A stretch of 64,000 nucleotides of DNA from Piedraia hortae CBS 480.64 (lineage: Eukaryota). Below the pieces are notes generated by a model, which had not been told where the DNA came from, ran no database searches, and saw only the letters and a program-made list of their open reading frames with translations. The stretch is taken from assembly GCA_010093745.1 (NCBI GenBank), contig MU005979.1:124001-188000 (forward strand), given 5' to 3'. The translations under genes and the position numbers were made by a program. Position 1 is the stretch's first letter; every line of letters begins with the position of its first letter. This document shows positions 22,927 to 34,168 of this stretch, piece after piece.

Positions 22927-25269
22927 CGTTACCGTAGGGGTAGCCGATGCGAGGAAGTGCTGTTATGAGGTTATGAGGTTATGTGGTTTTTGGGGAGAGT
23001 GTGTGGAAGTATGCCTGAGTGCAGTGTTTGTGCAGTGCGGGTTGGAAGCAGGCGTATGTGCTGAGGGTTCCTGTTAGGGAACGCGGGGATCTAGACCGAG
23101 CGAGCATGCTAGTGAAAAATTGTTCAGGGAGTGCGGATTTGGAGCGAGCGTGGTGCTGGGGCTAAGGATTACGGGCGTACGGGCGTACCTGTGCTGTAGA
23201 GAGTGGGTATAACTTAAGCTTGGCCGCAGAATTTCAGCCGCCCGCCCTCCGCGATGTATGATACTGTAGTGCGTGTATGTGCCTATGTGGCCTTTGCTGC
23301 TAGTTTTCAACACACCATGACGAGGAAAAATATCTCAGGTGGCTTAGCATAAACAATGACGAGCGAGAGGCTGTTACGGGCCGTCTGGTATGCGAACGAA
23401 TTTTTCGCACAATGTTCTCTGAGGGTGGGGTTCTAGACGTGTCTGCATGGGACAGATTGGAGTCTGTACTGGAACGGTATGGCTGGCTCAATTTCTGTCT
23501 CTCATGTCGTGGAAAAGTGTCTAGGATCTTGCATCCTCTCATGAGTTGGATAAAGTAGATGTGGCCCTCTATGGCTTTGCGGGCCGTGGTAAATAGGCAG
23601 GGATTACGGATTGAGATGAGCTTTTGCTTGCCCCTTTAGAAACCAACCGGTCTGAGGAGTCGTTCAGAGAGAGAAAGCATGTGGAATCGAAGAGAATGAG
23701 GAGGCATATGGCTGTTCAGGGTTCCTGGTGGCCAAGAGCGATGTTCAGAGCCTTCTGCTGAACGGAGAAGGTTCATTGCCGACGGCGAGGGTGGAAAAAA
23801 GCTTGGAGTGGCTGGGAAAACACAACATGTATGCTCAACGCATGAAAAAGAGAGTGTGACAATTCTTTTCCGATTCATCATGGAAGCCTACATGAACAGT
23901 CATACTTGTCTGCTTATTCCAAGCAATCCTATTCCAAAGGCCGAAGTGCCGATCTCGATTGGTGCACTTTGTTTATCATTGAACAGCCTGCCCAGCACAC
24001 GAGATGATTGGAGAAGAAGATTAATGCGTACGTCTTCATCATTCCAATTGGCACTCAGCTCTGGGCAGATCTTTTTGGTGTGATTGTGTGTACCTATGAC
24101 ACTGTAGAATGAACCGTGGCAGAAATGGTCGTGCCGGGCCGTGGTGGAAAAGGCCGAGGACCAGACAAAGTTTAGGCGAAGGCGAGGAAGCTAACACACA
24201 TCAATTTCGAGAAGCTTTACATATTCACCGACCCAACCAAACAATAGGCAATGTCTCGGCGTTCAAAAAACTGGCCCTTTAGGAAACCAGGTGGCAGTTT
24301 CATTCAGAGTAAAATGCCATGTATAAACTTAATAACCTCTGTGGGCATCAGCTGGGCAGCAGCTTGGCTGCGTCGAACTAAAGGTTCAAGTTTTGCACTT
24401 GTTTCGCGCAGGGGGTTCAGAGTAACTCATCATTCCCACCCAGGCTAAAGATTTAGACGTGACCTCCATCATGACTGGATGGATTGAGACTGCCGTGATA
24501 AGCTTCGCCGTCCCTTCATTCATGTCAGGATTTTTGTTGTGACGTGCTAAACGGGCATCATTTTGCTCCCAAAGTCTTGATGTCTTTAAACGACCCTCGC
24601 AAAATCGGAACAAACTTTCGTTCGTGTCTGGACAAACTGGACTTTTTCATCAAAGCTTTCTGGTCCATAATGGCAGCCACATGAAAAGATTGGTAGCCTC
24701 ATTGAACCTAGTGTCAAACAACATACTCTCCTACATTATTTGTGTCCATGCCGCTAGCCCGGAACACTCATCCTTTAAACACCATCCAATATCAACTGAA
24801 GCCTTTCATTGTGTTTCAACAGGACAGCCCGATGAAAATGACACCCTAGCCGCTTCATCCTGTCAAATGTCCTAGACATCGTCTCAGTCGACCCGATAAG
24901 ATACATCATCATGGAGTACCTCAGCATTGAAGACGCATCAAGTGTCTGTGCCGCATATTCAGCTGTTAGACCATCTCATGATGTTGTGAAAAACACCAAT
25001 CCATTCCGGGTCATGTTTGCCAGCAGGGCAGTACAACTTCAATATTTGGGAAAAGGCATCAATTTCCAATCGGTCAAAGTTAGTTGGATCTGGGCATCCC
25101 ATCTCACTCCATCCACCTCATCCGACCCAATGAAAGAGAATCAACTTCGCAATTTTCAGTAACAAGATTATTAGCACAGATAGCACTACAATATGTGTCA
25201 GAGGGGTGAACCTCCGAGGACTAAAGGGGAGCGGATATCGACGACAAATGTTTCCACTCAACTTTGACT

Positions 25270-25465
25270 GAAAAAGTGAATGTAGATGTCTATGTCTATA
25301 TGAGATGAGGTTTGAAATCTTCTCCACACTACCTCAATCTAACCGCATTCGCCAGGACAACGTCAGCGAACCATGACCTTAAGCATGAACGAGACAATGA
25401 CCCGTCCCAGGGAAAACTTCCTCTATAGAGGTAAAAACCCTGAGAAGTTTCGACTTCTATCTAAA
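25270..25465 (+). repeat. Diverged dispersed direct repeat, copy 2
   Basis: CTCCACACTACCT...CCGCATTCGCC...AGGGAAAACTTCCTCTATAGAGGTAAAAACCCTGAGAAG. Confidence 0.65.
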
Positions 25466-25934
25466 GTTCTGGTCATGGTAGGTGCCACATCCTTCTGACA
25501 ATATGCTTCTTTGACATCTCCAAAGATTGTGACGACGGAGCGGTAACACTGTTCTCTAGAGCTGCCTACGGAATAAGTCTGAAAGGCGAGACGTCATATA
25601 TTGCCATGCGGATCCGGTCCTTCTCTCTCCTACGAAAATCTGTTCAAAATCTGCGCGTGGAGATTGCGACTTTTGTGCAGGGACCTTGCCCTTTTATTCC
25701 ACGCGTGTTAAGATAGGAGCGGCGACGTCCTAAAAATGGGACGGCGTTAATCTTCATATCGGATAACCCCTTCCCCCACCACCCCCTGGCCGGTGAAGCA
25801 TGATTTGTTATGTATAGAGGGACGAGTGTTGGCATGAAGTCTCGTTGCTATCAGTGTACGATGCCACTGCGCGACACCTCTTACACCAGCAGCTGCACCC
25901 TAGGTTTTGTCCTCACAGAGGTTTCCCTCAGGGT

Positions 25935-26049
25935 CATGTCGCATGCGACATGGTGAATGCGCCCTGCTACTGTTATGAGGTCAGTCATGGAGTAAGACTG
26001 CATGCTGACAGTCTTACTGCATGTATGACCACTTGCTTATGGTCATACA
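25935..26049. repeat. Palindrome/hairpin cluster
   Basis: Perfect 18-bp palindrome at 25935-25952; 10-bp perfect stem AGTAAGACTG/CAGTCTTACT inside a longer imperfect stem (25979-26030); 10-bp stem TGTATGACCA/TGGTCATACA (26022-26049). Confidence 0.8.
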
Positions 26050-26689
26050 ATTGATGACTCTTCATACGAGGCTACGCACGGGCCTTCCAGCCCAGAATAT
26101 ATTCTCTGATGTTCCCTCGAAGATATACTTGTATTCACTCATAAAACACATCTCTACTTTCCATCCATCGTTCTCACTCATACATACTATCTGTCTTTTT
26201 CAACGAGCAGAAGGCAGCAGAATTAGATATCGACGGACTGGTCTTCAGAAAGTTTCTGCTAACGAATGTATCAACCACAATGTAAATACCTATGGTAACG
26301 TTGTAAGTCTACGGTTCCTTATCAAAGAGGTTTTAGAGTGACTCATTGCTCTCATTCCACCTAAAGCTCTACAGACGACCCTTGACAGTACCAGCGTTTT
26401 ACAGTCAGTTGATACCGTATCTTCACGTTCTAATAAATGAAAAGTAACGGGTACAAAAATTGCTTACCAAGCCAACAAATCGCCTCAAGAATGGTTGCGT
26501 AACTGTTAATAAGGTCAGTCATCCAAGAACGAATCGAAGAAAAGAAACCTTCAAAAGTGAAACGTTCAAGAACGATTCAACAACGGTCCACTTGTGATTT
26601 GAACACGGCTCAAAACAGACCAAAAATATTCATTTTGGGTTACGTGATACCATGCTGACTCCGCTCGCTCCTCACTACACCGCTCGAAC

Positions 26690-27986
26690 TAGACTCGTTG
26701 TTGGGCATAAGATGATGATATCGCATTGGGTAAAACATATAGAAAGCTGGAGAACATATCCGCAATGGGTGGTGGCGGTCCCGCTGTTGAATATTGTCGA
26801 ATGACGTGCCAAACGGATCAGGCCGGTGCAGGCTGGGAGGTGACCAACCTTGCAGTTAGACACCAGCAGAGTCACACTACCACAGACATCACCCCCATAT
26901 TATCAATTATAACCCGCATCGTTGAAACTTTGACCATTTTCACGCCTGTACATTGCTCTGCCATTTGTATTCCTCCCCGTTGGTCATCTTGTTCACGGCC
27001 GCTTCCGTCTTGGCTTTTATCCTCATCGAGTGGTTTCCTAGACTTGTCGGACAAATGGCAGCATTGCAATGCTTGGGTCATTACATCATCTCACATTTGC
27101 TCTTCCACGTGGCCTCATCGCCGTGACTCTCTCAGTGTGCAACTGTCCAAACGAGAAGCTCGAACTCGACTGCGTACGCACTCTAGCCTGAGATTTCAAC
27201 TCTTGGGACGTGTCAAATGCCACGGAGGCATTTGAGACGTTGAGTACGACCATCGAAATGACGGAATCAGACCATTGCATCCTGCGCCACTGCGTTCCAG
27301 CGTATGAAGCTGTTCACCGCAGCTTTGCGAAGGCGTCGGAGCACCCGATATACAAACTGAACCCGTCGAGTAGTGCTTTCACGCACAAATCAGCGAATAC
27401 TATATACATAACAGCTTTCCTTCTCGACCCCAAGAATGTCCCAAGCATAAGGGCCTGGCGTTTAAGATGACTTTCCTGACCAAAGTATCCTGGCGCGCAA
27501 AGCTGCAGCTGATTCTTAATCAGCTGTTTTTTCGACCGTGCGGCGGCGATGAGGAGTTCAAACGACCGGTTGACCTTTGCCTCCACATTGGAGCTGGCTG
27601 CTATGCGCTGGCGGAGGTCGCCCAACGCCTCGCCATCACGCCAGCAAGCTCTGTGCCCTCCGAGCCGGCATTCTCCATACTCAGCCTAATACATAACAGC
27701 CTGAAAAACCTCCTGTTGACGCCAAAGTTTGACAAACTCTAGGCAATTTACATCAACGAGTGAGCTCTGTCGCCGAGCAGGAAGTGCCAAGTACCGCGAG
27801 CGGAGACGAGGGGAGCTCCTTGACCCGGAAGATTTGCTGCGACTAGAAGGGTTTTTGGAAGAGCTTACGCCTATCGTGGAGTCAAACCCTGAGAGCTCTG
27901 TGGAAGTCCTAAAAGCATCAAGGCACGGGAAATTGGGCGTCTCCGACGAAAGATGGAGCTGCTCCAAATCGATCTGGACGCCATGA
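26690..27986 (+). mobile_element. Degenerate hAT-superfamily transposase (pseudogene)
   Basis: Chain of frameshifted ORFs: BED-like finger (EYCRMTC...TNLAVRHQQSH), IYITAFLLDPKN, and the hAT dimerisation domain ALAEVAQRLAITPASSVPSEPAFSILSLIHNSLKNLL...DKL*AIYINE*AL. Confidence 0.8.
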
Positions 27987-29348
27987 TCCTTCCCGGTCCG
28001 AACGACGTCTGGTCGATGGATGCATACGGCAAGCTCGAGAAATGGGGCTTGCACATGTGTTGGAAGATAGACGTTGCGTAGCGTATTCGTTGTGAAGATT
28101 GAGGTTTTACGAAAATTATCTTTTCTACTGTTCAGCAGCGAGATTATATACAAGTAGCTTCTTTGTTCAAACAATCTCAAATATTACTCCATTGCCCCAC
28201 TGACGATGTTTAGCGACGGAAGTCAGACGAGGCTCGCGAGAAGCCAACGGCACTTCTCCCTGAGAATATTTTCCAAGAGTGAGTAGTTTCATCGAACTCT
28301 ACGCCCGCGCTTTATACTAACGATCATGCAAAAAGACATGCTCCAAGAAGACCTTAAGACATATTCTTGGACAGAGATCGGAGATCTTTGTCCCGCAGTA
28401 GGCACCCAAAAAGGAAAGGCCAATGAATCCGCCAACCGTCCCTTCGTCATGCGGGATACTGAGCTTCCCGGTCAACTTTTTAATTCTGGGCGAATGCCTT
28501 TCTCTCAGAGATCATCGAGAAAGCCGGGAAATGCAAAGGTGAATATGCCTTTCGCCCTTGGTGCGTGGTCCTGGCGAAGGATGGGCAGCCAAAGTCTTGC
28601 CATGTCACGGAGAGGAAAGTACAGACACGGTAATCGTACGATCGCCAATAGGAGCCAAGAGTTGCCTTGAAGCCAAGGGAGGCTGAGCCTTGTTACGATG
28701 ACCCCCTCCACCGTCGTCACGTGGAATCATATATTCCCTAATGACACCCGGTGGAATCAGACTATGAATAAATACAACCTTACCAACCTGTATTCAGCAA
28801 ACGTCAACGATGGTGCATTCTTTGTGATAAGCTAGTAAACGTATCGGCGAGTGGGAATTGGTGAGGGATCATGTATTTCGTACGGTTGAACTGGCAATTA
28901 TGAGACTAATTGTTGGAAGGGGGGAAGGGGTGTTGTAGAGTTTCTGGTTACTTGTATGTGACGTCTGGTAAAAGTTTCGTGAAGCAAGAATTTTGGTCTC
29001 TGCACATTAAAGCAGCTTCACGAGAGGCAGAGCGCGTTGCCAGGAATGAACATTTTGGGAGTTCAACGTCGTGGGGTTTTTCAAAATAGGTACCTATACC
29101 ACCGTTTGGCCGACCGTTTCTAAAACATGTAGGGAAGCGAAGCGCTTTTGACGAGACTTCATCTTGCATCCTCTCTGACTTGTACGTACAGCATGGTATC
29201 TCACCTCTCCATCCAGGCAAAGCTTCCGGTTATGCTTCCACGACGAATCCTCGAACACCGCATGCGTCCTGACTTGAACCTCATAAATCTACTTGCTATA
29301 TCGTTCCTCTAGAAAGTAGAATTACCTTTAACATATGCACGTCGTAAA

Positions 29349-31601
29349 TCAACCACGCGGTGAAGACTCTAAACCACGAGCATTGAGAGCGAGCCCGGAA
29401 CGCAAACATCTCACTTTTCTTGGGGGAGGTTTCCCAGCAGTGGAGCTGCGTGTAACGGGACTGTCCTCCAATACCCGCTTAGAACGGGTTGAAGTAAGAC
29501 TTGGTGTGTTGACCAGTGTCGAGCCGTCACGAGACGGCGTATGAGGAGCCGGACTGCGACATTCATTTTCATCCGAGGGTGGCTGAACAGCGGCTTGCAA
29601 AGTAGCCCAGTTTTCGGGAAGGATATAATGGTGTGCAATATGCAGCATTGGGTCAAAGAACTCTCGCTTAAGCTGCTCGTATGCTGGTCCTTCCCTTACA
29701 GCCATCCACTTCCTTTGTCCAGATATTCGCAGGATGAATTGGTTGGTTTTGGCGTGTTGGTATATCGCTGTGGCAACACGATTGCTGATTTCTGATTTCT
29801 GTCAATGATTGTCACGCGCTCGGGGGATGCTTACTTACGCAATTTTTCTACAAGTACTCGAATAGCGGGAAATCCGCGGGTGAATGCAATATACATCATG
29901 CGCCGACTGAGTGTCAGATTTTTCATCATTTCCAAAGTGGACTGTTCATCCTCTCCCAGCAGGCATTGGTAGCAGACGTGGGCAACTGGTAGGCGTGGAT
30001 CGCTGTCTCGCATGTAGCCATAACAGGGAAGATGCTGCCACATTCCACAGCTGGCGCATTCTACCATGTCCATGTCTTGGTCGATCAATCCACACTGGCA
30101 ATGAACAACCTCTCCCTGGAACGATGACTGGCCAGCTTGTCCCGTGAGTTTGCTTTCGTCCAACTTCAGTTCCGCAGCTTTGGCCGGTGTAATAACCGGT
30201 TTGGTGCTGGGCTCGGCGGCCGGTAGTCTGTTGGCAGGAGCCTGACTCATAAGCGAGCCCCAAGCAGCCGTCTGTGTTTGTGTATCGCCTTGCGTGACTT
30301 GCTCTGTCTGCATCATGTTCTTAAATGTGTCCCGTATGTCTCTGAGTTGTGCTGGCGTTTCACCAGCCTGAAGACTTGGCATTGTGTCTGTCTTGGTTAT
30401 AGTCTGCGCTTGTGGCATCGAATCTTCAATCTGAAGGCCAGAAACTCCAAAATCTTCGTAAGCCTTTTCTGGCGTGGTCATCTCCACGTCTACGGCCGTG
30501 GTCGGCGTGCCAGGCATATCAGGCTCGAGCTCAGGCTCAGGTTCAAGCTCAGTCTCATTCACTTCGGACTCCACTGCCCACAGCAAATCAGTATAGCTAT
30601 CGACGGGGCGGGATGACAAACCTGGTTGTGGTGTAGATGTATCGACATCTAGAGAGGTCAAGACGGTCAGGTTTGATCTGCAATGTAAGCATTGAACGAA
30701 AACAATGATCTGACCAACCTGTGGAATGCAGAGTCTACATCTTTGAGCATTTCGGTGCGCTTTATCTCACCGTCAAACGTGAATGCGTCTTCGCCTGTGA
30801 CAGGTTTAAACCCTTCCGGTACCGTCGATTCATCTGTCGGCTCGTTGTATACCAGGCCCATGGATATGTACCGATCGGCTGGATTGGTCAACAAATCAAA
30901 ACATGTGGAGTTAAGCTTTGGTACTTACCTGGAAGTTCCGGAAGCACCTCGCAAATGTGCATGGTCTGCCGAAGCATGGTCTGTAATGCGGAATTGGAGG
31001 CCTCCGCGCTGATTATTGGGATATCCGATCCACTCATTCGGATGCCGGATGGAGATCTGCCACGATTGGCATCGTTGATGTAGTTGATGCTGAACTCATA
31101 GCTCTCGATCACTGTCTGGTTGTCTGATTGATCCGGGTGCACTCCAATTTGCAGTGACTGGAGTCGCCCCTCTTTGATAGCAACAAACGCGACTTTCTCC
31201 TGTCGGAAATGAGTAAAGGCAATGGCAACCTAAGGAAAGACTCACCAACCAGTCAAGTAACTTGTCAACACGCCTGCTGCGTCCGCGGCGAAGGACTTTC
31301 ATAACAGTGCATGGTACTTGAGTCGATCCCGATTTTCGAGGCAATTTTCCAGAGGCATAATCTCTGTATGGATAAATGCGGTCACTCATCATGTACACTT
31401 GCTGATCGAAGAAACTTTCTGGGAAGAAGCTCCTACACTGGTCAGCTTCACAGTCCTATGGAGCTACTGTTTGTACCTCAAGTAGGCCACGCTGCTGAGC
31501 TTGATGCAACGTTAGCGTATGCACACGTTACTGATTACTTTGGGCCTTACACAGCCGTGAAGCATTGTCCGAACGATATCTAGGCTCTGCTGCTCGTCCA
31601 T
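29349..31601 (-). CDS. HOP1: Meiotic axis HORMA-domain protein Hop1 with PHD finger, multi-exon
   Basis: Spliced HORMA: MDEQQSLDIVRTMLHGC | LSSVAYLR (23-nt exon 31477-31499) | SFFPESFF...VDKLLDWL | ...IESYEFSINY | RYISMGLVY..PEGF. PHD: CQCG...CASCGMWQHLPCYGY...CYQC. An extra upstream exon is possible. Confidence 0.88.
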
Positions 31602-32378
31602 GATTTGGGACCCGAGCCAAACGAGTGTTGATGCGGGTCTTGCTGAGCGAGTGAATGTGACGTGTGACGATGGATTCTTGGCAGGTAAAATGGAAGTGGC
31701 GGTGACAACAGCCCCGCCATGTGATTCCACTCTTGAGCCATGTCGTATGTCACTGGGGTAGAGGTTAGGTCGCGAAGCTGGTTTTTTTTTTTTTTTTTCC
31801 CAACAGCATAGAGAGAAAAACACAAATGGAGGAGTTGAGGCTCAAACTGGCAGTGCCAAGTCTTACGCAGTTTTGAAATGGCCAATCTGTGCCCTGAACA
31901 TGTACAAGCAGTCAATATGGGCTTGTATCTTTTGGTCAATCTGATGAGGATAAATTCGGTTGCAAGTGCGATAAGACATATCTATAGCAAAGTGGTTGTC
32001 GTCTACCAGCATTTACTTGGTCTATATAGCTTGGGTAGATCATAGCTGCGTGTGATAACGTGGGAGTGGTCGCACGAATTCGTTAAGAACTCGGCAAAAG
32101 CCTGGACGCTTAATGCTGGATGTTCGTGTTTGCCGGACTACAGAAATTGTTTCAGGCCGTGAAATTAAGAGAAGTTGTCCAGCTAAACGATTTGGTACCG
32201 TGGCTATGAACGACTGTAGTCAACCCGTCATGCAATGCCATGCCACGGACCGAGCCGTTTACAACGTGACCGTTACCACTGAGGGGTGTTTTAAGCTTGC
32301 CGATGGAGCTGCCGATCACGATGATGGTGTTCACCCAATTTGTTTTCCTTTGAAGAAGAGGAAATCAAGCGCTAGAAG

Positions 32379-33842
32379 ATGAAAGGGCCAGGTTACCTTG
32401 CCGTTGCCATCCAGCCTGGCCCTGATACCGACCCCGAGTCATTCCATGACTGGTATAATACCGAGCATGGTCCTCTGAGACTTCGTTTACCTTTTATTAC
32501 AACGGGTTATAGATATCGTGCTGTAGATGGAGGGAAACCAGAGTGGATTGCAGTTTACAATGTCTCGGACCTCTCCTGGTTGGAAAGCCGCATCTACACA
32601 CGCCTGAGAGAGGAGCGTTCAGTGCGGGAGAAGAAGGTCATGGGCTCTTTTGACTCGTTGGACCGGAAAATCTATCAAACTTTCCTGACCGTGGGAAATG
32701 TTAAAGGCCCGGCGCCGGTGCAAATGATTGAGACTTTGATCATTGAAAAGTCAAACTTGGACGAGGTGCGTCAGTGGCTCGAGAAAGAATATATCCCCTT
32801 CATATCCGACGTCCCTGGATGGCGCCGCACGCGGTGCTTTCAGACACTTGTCGGGGGCCTGGAGGGATTACCGCCCGCTCATCAAGTTGAGATCATTCTC
32901 GTTCATGATTTTGAAAAGGACAGCGGGCTAAAGGACGTGTCATGGACGAGCAAGCCTCAATTGATCGTCTCACGACAGTGTCGAGAATGGCAGCACTATC
33001 TGACCTTTGATTCGCTCAAGGAGCCTCCGTCAACAGTCATTACCACGGACGGAGCAGAGCTCAAGTATCAGCTGGATGGCAACTCGTATGACCCAGTCGT
33101 TGTGTTCGTGAACCCGATCCTTACCACATACCACATCTGGGACGAGATCACCAAGATGCTGACCACAACGGGCATCGGTGGAAAGAGGTTTCGCGTTTTG
33201 CGTTACAACGCTCGTGGCTACTCTCAGCAAGCTGAGAGAAGCAATCCCACGAGCTTTGACATCCTGGCAGACGATCTGGAATATCTCCTCCAGCGGCTGA
33301 ACATTGCCAAGGCGTATGCCGTGGTAGGCTGCAGCATGGGAGGGGTGACCAGCATCAATTTTGCCATTAGACACCCTGCAATGGTGGACAGATTTGTGGC
33401 TTGTGATTGCAATGTCGCTTCATCGCCTGCCAACAACACAGCTTGGAATGAACGGGTCGAGCTTGCGAGGAGGGAAGGCATGGAGAAGCTGGCAGATGTG
33501 ACAGTAAAGCGCTGGTTTATGGAGCCTAATCACCAATCGGCCAATGCCAAGAAGGCGCAGGTCATGGTTACCAAGGCAAACTTCGACGGCTTTGTGCAGA
33601 ATGCTGGAGCACTTTGCAATTATGATCTCAAGGATCATCTGCCAAAGATCGAAACTCCAGGCCTTCTCCTTGCGGGCGAGTGCGATGGGAAGTTGCCCGA
33701 AGCCATGCAAAAGTTTGGCATCCCCAACACCATTTTCAAGAGCGTGCCTAAAGCAGGCCATTTGCCAATGATGGAGAACCCGGAAGCCTTTGAACAGCTG
33801 CTGAATGGGTTTCTTGGAGGAGCATTGAAGCATTCGTTGTAG
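32379..33842 (+). CDS. Fusion of EthD-like alpha+beta barrel region and PcaD-like (3-oxoadipate enol-lactonase-type) alpha/beta hydrolase
   Basis: N-terminus FHDWYNTEHGPLRLRLP...GYRYRA and EVRQWLEKEYIP..SDVPGWRRTR (two EthD-like repeats). C-terminus RVLRYNARG, nucleophile GCSMGG, GECDG and AGHLPMMENPE. Confidence 0.82.
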   Translation: MKGPGYLAVAIQPGPDTDPESFHDWYNTEHGPLRLRLPFITTGYRYRAVDGGKPEWIAVYNVSDLSWLESRIYTRLREERSVREKKVMGSFDSLDRKIYQTFLTVGNVKGPAPVQMIETLIIEKSNLDEVRQWLEKEYIPFISDVPGWRRTRCFQTLVGGLEGLPPAHQVEIILVHDFEKDSGLKDVSWTSKPQLIVSRQCREWQHYLTFDSLKEPPSTVITTDGAELKYQLDGNSYDPVVVFVNPILTTYHIWDEITKMLTTTGIGGKRFRVLRYNARGYSQQAERSNPTSFDILADDLEYLLQRLNIAKAYAVVGCSMGGVTSINFAIRHPAMVDRFVACDCNVASSPANNTAWNERVELARREGMEKLADVTVKRWFMEPNHQSANAKKAQVMVTKANFDGFVQNAGALCNYDLKDHLPKIETPGLLLAGECDGKLPEAMQKFGIPNTIFKSVPKAGHLPMMENPEAFEQLLNGFLGGALKHSL

Positions 33843-34168
33843 GTGGCTAATGAATGCTGATAGCTACCTAAGCCAGTCATGTGTCGACGGCAATAGTTGT
33901 CTGGAATTAGCTGTATGTGGTGGTGATGGATGCGGTCTACAGTCAGACAGCTGTGTTGGTAGCGCTCTACAAGTGGACCGGCAGACGTGTCTGTCCATGC
34001 TATCCAGATAGCTGTCAATGAGAGTCAGCTGCTGACGGGCAGCTGTCTACGAGGACTACTCCGGTGGACATTCACCATGGTGAGGTGCGGGCAGCTTCCG
34101 CGTTGGGCCTCGGGCGTCGGACTCCCGGCGGGGGGCAGCCGTCGACCAATTCTCTCCTCCACCACAAC

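Noticed and set aside
24876..25162. F-box-like fragment (IRYIIMEYLSIEDASSVC)
   Set aside because: Too short and degenerate to call without an HMM search.
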